Below are positions 11,616 through 20,507 of a stretch of DNA of 64,000 nt, one piece after another. Both the position numbers and the translations under genes were made by a program. The notes beneath the pieces were generated by a model that was given only the letters and a program-made list of their open reading frames with translations, ran no database searches and had not been told where the DNA came from. The stretch comes from an uncultured Nitrososphaeraceae archaeon (GTDB lineage: Archaea > Thermoproteota > Nitrososphaeria > Nitrososphaerales > Nitrososphaeraceae), in NCBI GenBank assembly GCA_963729045.1, contig CAVSMN010000015.1:96001-160000 (forward strand), read 5' to 3'. Numbering within the stretch: the first letter of the stretch is position 1; every line of letters starts with the position of its first letter.

Positions 11616-11624
11616 AGGAATAAT

Positions 11625-12474
11625 CTATTTTTCAATCGGGTTTCCTATCATATTACCCCATTCTGTCCATGAACCATCATAGTTCTTAACATCTGGGTAA
11701 CCTAAAAGATATTTTAGCACAAACCATGTATGTGATGATCTTTCTCCAATTCTGCAGTATGAAATTACTTCCTTTTCTGGAATGATGCCATTTTCCTTGT
11801 AAAGTTTCATCAAATCTTCGGGCGATTTGAACGTTCCATCCTCATTAACTGCTTTTCCCCACGGTACATTAATGGCTGCAGGAATGTGGCCTCCCCTTTG
11901 GGCGTGTTCAGTTGGGTATTCGGCAGGCGCAGTCACTTCTCCAGTAAACTCGGGTGGCGACCTGACATCAACTAATATGCTTTGGTTGTTTTTGAGTGAT
12001 TCTGACACATGATTTAGATATGTTCTTATTTTCTCATCAGGGTTAGATGCTTTGAAATTGCCTGTTTGGATATGTTGGAATTGTTTTATCGATAGATCTG
12101 TCCTCTTCAAGCCATTTTTTTCTGCCACCATTCATTATCCGCACATCCTTATAGCCATAATACTTGAATACCCAAAAAGCAAAAGCCGCGAACCAATTAT
12201 TGAAATCTCCGTAAAGTATGAGAGTCGAATCCTGATTTATTCCTGATTTTTTGAGTAATTCTTCACACGATTCTTTTGAAATGATGTTCCTGTTCAATGG
12301 GTCATTGATATCTTTCTTCCAATCAAATAACACTGACCCGGGAATATGTCCTAAATGGTAGTTTGCTTTTGGATCATAGTCTACTTCTGCAATTCTTACA
12401 TTCGGATCTTTTAGGTGAGCTTCAGTCCAATTTGTGTCAACTAAGACTTCAGGGTGAGCATATCTATTCGACAT
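11625..12474 (-). CDS. Tandem-domain rhodanese / thiosulfate sulfurtransferase (one frameshift near 12066)
   Basis: GHIPGS, GGRKKW, GHIPAA, CRIGERS active site, YDGSWTEW; the two ORFs join if one A is removed from CCAAAC. Confidence 0.92.
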
Positions 12475-12597
12475 ATATCAAATAAAATTAAACCATAAAC
12501 GGGTATTTAAATAGTAAAAAAATCCTATTCCTTACAGTTTATCCGTATTTTTTTCGATATCAAAAACGATTTTAATGATGTCGCTATAATTAGTTTT

Positions 12598-12948
12598 GTG
12601 ACAATATATACAGATTCATTAACCAATCTTTCAAGATATAAGAATGATTTCTACAGGATTGCTGTTTCCTCTACACTGCCCTTTGAACTACAGCATAAAA
12701 TGGATGCTTGGTTTTATGATTTATCCCCATCTAAGAGTTTGGCTGATAAGTTTGAACGTGAGGAACTCGATATTAATGAGTATACGGATTTGTATCAAAA
12801 AGAAATGAATGCTATTCCAGCTATTTCTAATATAAAATGGATAAAAGATTATTCAAGAAGGAATGATGTTGTGTTACTTTGTTATGAACCGGAAAATATA
12901 AACAAATGTCACCGTCATATTTTGAAACAGATCATTGAACAATCTTAG
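12598..12948 (+). CDS. DUF488-family protein
   Basis: W..DLSPS..L, Y..EM, VVLLCYE.....CHRHIL. Confidence 0.8.
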   Translation: MTIYTDSLTNLSRYKNDFYRIAVSSTLPFELQHKMDAWFYDLSPSKSLADKFEREELDINEYTDLYQKEMNAIPAISNIKWIKDYSRRNDVVLLCYEPENINKCHRHILKQIIEQS

Positions 12949-13100
12949 GTTGATTAAACTAATGTAATCGAATAATGGCTAATATGACTTTTGTTAATCA
13001 ATAATCATCAATGTTGAAATTTTTTCAACAATGTCTATCATGAATCTGTTATTTGTAGACTTTTGATTATATTTTTATGTAACGAAAATTAAAATCAATA

Positions 13101-13307
13101 ATGGTTTACAAATATATTGAAATAGTGGGTACGTCGCCAACTGGAATAAATGAAGCTGTCAACAACGCATTTAAGGAAGCGTCTAAAACCGTAAAGAATA
13201 TTCAATGGGGTGAGATGGGGAGAGTTACCTTTAGGTTAGATGAAAATCAGCAAATTGAATATCAGGTAGAAGTTAGAATAGGATTTAAAATAGAAAGGGT
13301 GGACTAG
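13101..13307 (+). CDS. Dodecin-family flavin-binding protein
   Basis: YKYIEIVGTS...AV.NA..EASKTVKNI.W...YQV...IGF. Confidence 0.9.
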   Translation: MVYKYIEIVGTSPTGINEAVNNAFKEASKTVKNIQWGEMGRVTFRLDENQQIEYQVEVRIGFKIERVD

Positions 13308-13362
13308 AATAATTTAGAAATTTTATTTATTAGGAAGGCAGGTCGTAACAAAATCACTGAAT

Positions 13363-13737
13363 CTACCTAGGTTCACTCAACCTGCTTTCAATGATCTCCA
13401 AAAAATTATCTTTATTAATAGGTTTTCTGATTATGCAGTTAAAACTCAAATCTGAATACGACTTTATAATAGATTGGTAATATTCCTCAAATGCGGTAGC
13501 TAGACAAATCCTAATCTTACTATCCATTATTCTAATCCTACTAGCCAATTCAAAACCGTTTATTCTAGGCATTCGTATGTCGGTTATAAGGAGATCATAA
13601 ATTCCAGGCTCAAATTCCTCTAATAGGGAGTTCGGATCATTGTAAATATTAACTTGGTATCCCTTATCTTCTAAACAAATTTTAAAGAATAATGCTGTTC
13701 CTACATCATCATCTATTACTATGATATTATTTCCCAT
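13363..13737 (-). CDS. Stand-alone response regulator receiver domain
   Basis: IDDD, DLLITDIRMP..NGFEL, TA, RKP. Confidence 0.92.
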   Translation of the reverse strand: MGNNIIVIDDDVGTALFFKICLEDKGYQVNIYNDPNSLLEEFEPGIYDLLITDIRMPRINGFELASRIRIMDSKIRICLATAFEEYYQSIIKSYSDLSFNCIIRKPINKDNFLEIIESRLSEPR

Positions 13738-13860
13738 TATAGAATATTTTATTGAATGTCATACCAACTAAAATATTTTTACATTTCTAAACCTCAATGT
13801 TATCAAATCCATGGTTATATTCTCATTTTCGAAAATGGATTAAAGGAAATTCTTCCAAGC

Positions 13861-14995
13861 CTAGAAAAATAATACCTTTATGAACCATGCAATCCATTTC
13901 TTATTCAATAGATCATTCACAAAGTCAAACATTGATTTTGTTATTGGTAAATTAGTGTGTTTTTCAATCCAATTCCAGTCACCTATAGGATTAATTTCGA
14001 GAAAAAGTAATTCTCCATTTTTACCTTGAACAAAATCTATGCTTGAAACTAGTAATCCTAATTTTCTATTTAGTTTAATACATAGCTTTTCCATTTTTTT
14101 GCCGAGATTAATTTCAGAAAATATTAACTCTTTTTCCTTTATTTTGTGTAAATCAGAAAAATTGCGCTTTTCTTTAATTGTTGAAATTCTACATGAAAAT
14201 GTCTTGTCATTTACCACAGTTACCCGGATTTCTGAATCATTCTCTATTTTCTTTTGAAAAATTACTGGTGCATAGGTTAACTCGTTGAATTTTGATAAAT
14301 GACTGGTTTCAATGTTATTGGTTAGGAACCTATATGATTTTTGGTTTAAGATAAATCTCGTGATGATGAAGTACCTTGACGATAGTAGATTTAGGAAACC
14401 TCTTAAAAAACTTTTTAGCTGCCTCCATTTCATTGGTTATTAATGTCTCTGGAATGCTAAAACCGAGCCGTTGTGCCGACAGTAGCTGATTCAATCTATT
14501 TTCAGACTCAAAAGTTCTTTGTGGATTATTTATCCATAAAGCGTCTAGAGCTATTGGTAGACAGTTAAAGGCTTGATACCATTGTTGGGCGAAATACATT
14601 TGATATACGCCTCCTGAATAATAATTCAAAAATTTTGGATCAAAATATCTAAATAATATTATCTTAATTTCATCAGGATTGAATTTTCTATTTCCCAAGT
14701 GTAGCACGGAGTCATTGAATTTTCCAATTTTGAATTCAAAATGAAAATTTAAAGGTATATCCTCTTCTGTTATTTTTACATAATCAATTCCATTTTTGAG
14801 GAATTGGATGCCAAGCAAATCCGATTCTATGTCTATTTTCTTAGTTAATATCAATACTTTTGGACTAGTGCTTGAGTTTCCTTTTTTGGAAATATTTAGC
14901 CGTTCAATTAGTTCTAAGGGATTTGTGTTATTCATGAGGATTCTTTTATAGTTTAATTTCTCTATAAAATTAAAAACAAAAGGCTGATTAGACAC
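13861..14995 (-). CDS. MvdC/MvdD-like (graspetide-type, RimK-related) ATP-grasp ligase with ~44-aa N-terminal extension (one frameshift near 14346)
   Basis: VLILT..D, WINNP, EN.L.QL..A...G..IPETLITN, IVK, PVIFQ..I...EIRVTVV, IDF, FLEINP.G.W.WIE. Confidence 0.85.
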
Positions 14996-15013
14996 ACTTA
15001 CGTTAATTTCAAC

Positions 15014-15023
15014 AATATAAAAA
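15014..15023 (-). promoter_or_regulatory. Putative TATA box of the ATP-grasp gene (leaderless start at GTG 14995)
   Basis: Minus-strand TTTTTATATT 19-28 nt upstream of the GTG. Confidence 0.45.
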
Positions 15024-15106
15024 TTTTATCTCCTTTTTTCTGGTGATAAAGTCAACGAGATAAGTTTATTTAATTATTGGACTTATAAAATTATATAACA
15101 ATCATC

Positions 15107-16546
15107 AATGATTCTAATCCGCAATCAGGAAAACCTGAAACTGTAGTTATTTGTTACTTGTGTGGAAAACATATTAAAAATAATGATGATTTGTTCATTG
15201 AGGAAATTAGTAAAGGGGATGAAAGGTTTCATCACAAGCATTGTTATACCTTTTATAATAGACTTGTCTCTGTTTACGGAAAAGATTTTTCGCGAGATGG
15301 GTCTGGATGAAATTAATTGGGGAGCTAGATCGGGCAACCTTGTTCAATTGTCTTTGTTTGATATCAAAAGAACAAAATTCAGTAGTTCAGAGGTTGTTTC
15401 AGACTTTTCGATCTTTAAGCGGAGACTAGTAGATGAAGTTTATGAAACTAAAGATGAATTACAGATGGTGTGTTCGAGTACTGGTATATTTGACCAGTTT
15501 ATTGAAGCTTTGGAGGGGTTGTTCTTACGCATTAGAAAAAACGATAACTTATGCACCAAAGATAAGATTGTTATTTCCTAAAAGCAAAAAGGTATCTTCA
15601 TTCTTGGAAAAATCAAACATTTCTGAGCTTCCTTCTGTCGAGATACAGCATATTCACGAAGATGAGTTTCAATACTTCATTGCTGGAGTAGACAAATCTA
15701 TATCTCTATTTTCTGAACTGAAGAGTAACTTTGAGATAGGAATCAATGATTCGTTTTTCAATGTGATTTCTTTAAAGGATTCTGTAATTTGGCATAATTC
15801 AGCTATTTTTGAAAGTCTTTGGAAGCAGTCTATACTAGAAAATAGAGTAAAAGATCTATCTAATGAATTGACTAAGAATAATATTTCAAATCATAACTTT
15901 GTTCGAATTCTTGCTCATGAATTAAAAAACCCAATTCAACCAATTCTTGGTTTTTCAGATATGATTCAAAATAATAAGAGACTAAATTCTGATCAAAAAA
16001 ATGAACTGTTGAAAATTATTTCTCGAAATGCTAGAAAATTGGATATCATGACAAATAACATTCTTGATTATGCCAGAATGGAAAATAATATTTTTAATTT
16101 AAACCTTGAACTCTTTGATATCGTCCAGGTCAGCGAGGAATTGATTAAGTGATTACACTATTCAAGTAAACAAAAAGAACATCAAGTTAGACTTGGATAC
16201 TTCATCCAAAAAAATTATAATACATGCTGACAAAATACGAATCATTGAAGTGCTAGACAATTTGTTAAGCAACTCAATAAAGTTTACTGAGAGGGGGCAA
16301 ATCGCAATCTCTATCCAGCAAAACACTCACCACGTAGTAATCACGATTACGGATACTGGATCCGGTATAGATGAAGAAGATCATAAAAAAATATTTTCCA
16401 AATTCTACACTACTGATAAACTTGGAACGGGACTGGGACTATACATATCACGAATAATAGTAGAAAAGCATTTGGGCAGAATTGAAGGGAGAAATAACAA
16501 GAACGGGGTCGGAAGTACATTTACAATCGAATTACCCGTAAAATAG
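15107..16546 (+). CDS. Cytoplasmic sensor histidine kinase with N-terminal CxxC..HxxC module (at least 3 frameshifts; start unresolved)
   Basis: H-box AHELKNPIQPI, N-box NLLSNSIKFT, DTGSGI, GTGLGL; pieces lie in different frames. Confidence 0.85.
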
Positions 16547-16635
16547 TTTGTTGCTCATATCTTAAATTTATAATTTAGCCACAACTACAATTATGTTTCA
16601 AAAAGTTTTTTAAATGAACTTTTAAAGTACATTGA

Positions 16636-17491
16636 TTGGGTAAATGTATATCCTTTCATTCTTACAAAGGCGGAACTGGCAAGACCACATTAGCTGCCAA
16701 TTTTTCTTATCTCTTGGCTTCAAAGGGTTACAAAGTTTATCTGCTTGATCTTGATTTTTATGCTCCTAGCCTTTACTCTTATTTTAATTTCGAACCAAAG
16801 TTTTGGATTAATGATTATTTAAGAAATAAAGCAGATTTGGATGATATCATGATCGACTCTCGTTCTCTAATCGATTTCAAATTCGAGGGAAATTTGTCAG
16901 TAGGGTTTTCTAAAGGCGGAAAAGAGGATATATATCAACTCGAAGGTAGTTTGCTCAATGATAAGGAACAACAAGTACGACAGTTCAGAAATTTTATTGC
17001 TATGCGTGAAGACCTGTTAGTCAATAAGGAAGCCGATTTTATAGTAATGGATACGAGTCCTGGTATAAGGTATTGGTCAATTAATTCTATAGTGATTTCT
17101 GATATAGTCTTGCTAACGTTAAAAATGGGTGATTTAGACTTGAGAGGAACAATTAAAATGATTAAAGAGATTTACTCCTCTTTAATCGAACATGGTTCGG
17201 TTTGCAAATTGTTGTTGAATAGGGTTGCCGGATATTGTGTGCCTCATTCAGACATTGACTCCGCCAATAAAAATATCATGAGTGGTGACTCAGTCTTTAA
17301 GAATAAGATAGACCATGAATTAGAAAAGACTTGTAAACGGATTAGTTAAGGTAGATACATTACTAGAGATTCCATGTTACTGTGACATCCAATTTAAGGA
17401 AAAGGAATTTTTGACCATACATGAATTTCCAGAACATCCATTTACGACAAAGATAAAAGATCTGGTTAATCAAGTAGAAAATTTAGACTAG
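16636..17491 (+). CDS. MinD/ParA-family ATPase (frameshift near 17325)
   Basis: Deviant Walker A KGGTGKTT, DLD, DTSPG; the other frame continues IPCYCDIQF...HPF to TAG at 17491. Confidence 0.85.
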
Positions 17492-17494
17492 ATT

Positions 17495-18865
17495 TTATTT
17501 TTTGTTACCTTTGTTGAAAATACTAATTGCTTCGTCCAAGTAACTTTTTAGATCTTCCTCTGTTTCCATGGTTTCTGAGTTCACTTTTTTGATGAATTTC
17601 TTCAGAATATTTCTTAGTCATTGCTAAAACCTTTTCCTTCATATTATCGATCATTTGAGATTGAGCTAGATTTCCCATGATTTCTAATTCTTTATATGCT
17701 GAATTCTTGATATATTTTCTAACACGAATGTCGTTTGAAATGGCAATGATTGAATAGTATATCCCTACATAGAACAATAGAGAGGCAAATGGGAGAAAAA
17801 TTATGCTTGGAATACCAAAGGGGGGAAAACTTGCGCCCACTATTGTTGCATTGGCCATAATAAAGAATAAAATGATGCCGTAGGATGCCATATTTAAATA
17901 CCTTTCAATATTTGGAGACATTTTTAGCAAATTTGCAACTGACTTGAATCCTATTCCATAAAGTATTCCACACAATGCTATCTGAAAACATTACTATGAA
18001 AATTTGAAGCATAAATACAATACTCTCATCAAAATTCAAATTCTCAGTTAATGAATAAAGTTCATCATAATGGTAAATGAATACAAAGAAGAATAAAATT
18101 AAGGGAAGAGTGATCAGTGTGAAAAATTTAATTTTTCCAATCTTATTGATTTGATAATGTAATAGAAAATAATTACAAATCCAAAATAATGAGAAATAGA
18201 TCATCAGTGTATATGATTGAATATTTATTACACTTTCTTTAAAAACACAATAGAGGATATCATCATCGCATTCAAAATTGAAAACAACTGGGGTGGAATA
18301 ATCTATTTGAAAAGGCTTTTCAGAAAGCAAAGTTGCAAAGAGAAATATGGATACCAAATTATTAATAAAAATAAAAAAGATGGATAAACCAAATAAGAAT
18401 GAAAACTTATTCTTATTTTCTTTATACCATGAAAATAATTTGAAACTAACAAATAAGACTCATTATTATACTGGAGCCATAACTAACTATCATTATTGAG
18501 GTCAAATTTATTGTATAATATTTGTGTTCAATAATGATATCAAACAGTAAAAATGCTGATAGAGAAATACAAGATTACTTGCATTATTCTGAAACAGAAT
18601 TTTGTATCGACTAAAAATTGATTTCTTTGTTGTCTAATATTTTCCGAATATTAGTCATTACTAGATAACTTCCAATAGACTTAGCGATCATAATACCTAC
18701 AAAAAAGCGCCTACCAGTTGTTGACTGGATAAAATCAATTGCTACATCTGATATTGAACTCAAATAAGAATCAACAAATAATAGCAAAATGAAAACTGAA
18801 ATTGAAGTCGTAGTTATTTTTGAATTCTTTAGGTATGGAAACGAATGATACCATAGAGTCTTCAA
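17495..18865 (-). CDS. Multi-pass membrane protein with C-terminal cytoplasmic helical domain (several frameshifts)
   Basis: Three collinear hydrophobic ORF fragments; FPPFG motif and a helical tail ending EEDLKSYLDEAI. Confidence 0.65.
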
Positions 18866-19435
18866 TAAATAGCATACTTTGATTCTCCTATTTGAATTTT
18901 TAATTAATTCTCTATTATTGACAGTTCACAATATACAAACTTGAATAAAGATCTTCATTAATATTATAGCTTTTCATTAATTAGATAAATGTTGCACCAA
19001 TAACTATTCATTTATATTTTATGTAGATGTTTCATCTAGATCTATATTAAATTCAGTCCAGGAATATCAAGACATTCTTGATATCATAGCTCTCAATAGG
19101 ATTCATACTGTCTAAACTGAAAGCCTATTTAAATTATCTAGAAAAGATAAGATTTCATAGTCATTACAATTATATTTGATCAACTTGTATCTCAAAATAA
19201 TTCGTCAGAAGTACTTCTATAAGATCCTGATATCAGCATGAATAAGAGTCTATATATGATACACCATATATTCCTAGTAACCTTTATACATATATAACAG
19301 CAATCCCTTCTAAATCGAAGCATCTTGTATTACAGATGAATTTCATGACAATTTTGATTCCTGGTTTTTGCCACATATTATACATCTCTTATCTTTCATT
19401 TATAGTGAATTACTTTAAACTATACATTAGAATAT

Positions 19436-19650
19436 TCACTTAAAATTCTTCTTCGATAATCTTAAATATTCGATTAATCTATTACTTTCTTTAACGGGAA
19501 TGGAAATAAAGCCGGATCTATTATATCCTCTTGCAAACTTGTTAATTTCTTCAATTTGTTCCAGTGTAAGGCCATTTGCTGGATTTCATAGGGTTTATTA
19601 TCTATTTGAGCTTGTAAAATATTAGCTATTTCTTTAGTAAATTTATTCAT
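19436..19650 (-). CDS. Small hypothetical protein (~71 aa if one frameshift is assumed)
   Basis: Manual read MNKFTKEIANILQAQIDNKPY / NPANGLTLEQIEEINKFARGYNRSGFISIPVKESNRLIEYLRLSKKNFK. Confidence 0.35.
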
Positions 19651-19746
19651 ACACTATATAAGCATCTAATAAAACTTATGAGTTATCATTATAGTAACAG
19701 AGTTCAATATTGTTTCAATGATCCTAATAAGGTTCGATCATTCAAT

Positions 19747-19800
19747 AATCATTTAAATGATTCAAAATAGTTTGTATAAACTATTTTGGCGATCATTCGC
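19747..19800. repeat. Three abutting inverted repeats
   Basis: AATCATTT|AAATGATT; CAAAATAGTTT-gtat-AAACTATTTTG; GCGA-tcat-TCGC. Confidence 0.7.
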
Positions 19801-20507
19801 AAACTATCATCTATTAACAATTCCTTATTTATTTAAACTTTTAATTCCCAATAGATGCTTTTGCCAAGAGAAGACAAAAGTCTTAATGTGTTCTCAAATA
19901 TGAAGCATTTTCTAATTTCTATCCATTACGTAATTTGATTTGAAGATCAAAAAGAGTTTATTTTTGGAACAATGTTGATGAATCACTGAAATTATCATTA
20001 TCAAATAAACATGAGGAAATAGAAGAGGCGGATATGTTGCTATCAATATCTTAAATGAAGTAACGTAATCTATCGTTCTAATATGACCAAACTTAGTTCT
20101 GTATTTTATTATATTTAATAAATAGAACGATATTCGTTCAAGTTTTTAATAACACTTTTAACATTATTAGAAAAATTTCTTTCATGCTAAAATATGTTTA
20201 ACTAACTTTATAATGTTAGAATTTGTATTGGTTTTTTTAAAATATTTCCATTCCATTCATGGGCAATTTAACTTCTAGAGACCAGATATTGCTCTCCAAC
20301 CACCTAAAATGCACATAAGAGTGTTCAAGTGCTCTGTCAATATATGTGAATTATTACCAAATAGATGCTATTATTTGGTTGTACGAATTCTAAACTTTAT
20401 TGTAAATTAATATGAGTTTTATATCATACCAGAGAGATCTTTCATTCGTCATATAGAATTACTATAATGGTTAAATAAATGATAGAGGTAATATGAATTG
20501 ACATTAT

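Noticed and set aside
13738..13897. Possible graspetide precursor ORF between the ATP-grasp and receiver genes
   Set aside because: The only short ORF I found (MDCMVHKG...HFRK) has no leader motif and no T/S/K-D/E core pattern.
19558..19572. GTTCCAGTG as an ORB element of a replication origin
   Set aside because: Single partial match with no G-string, no second copy and no cdc6/orc1 nearby.
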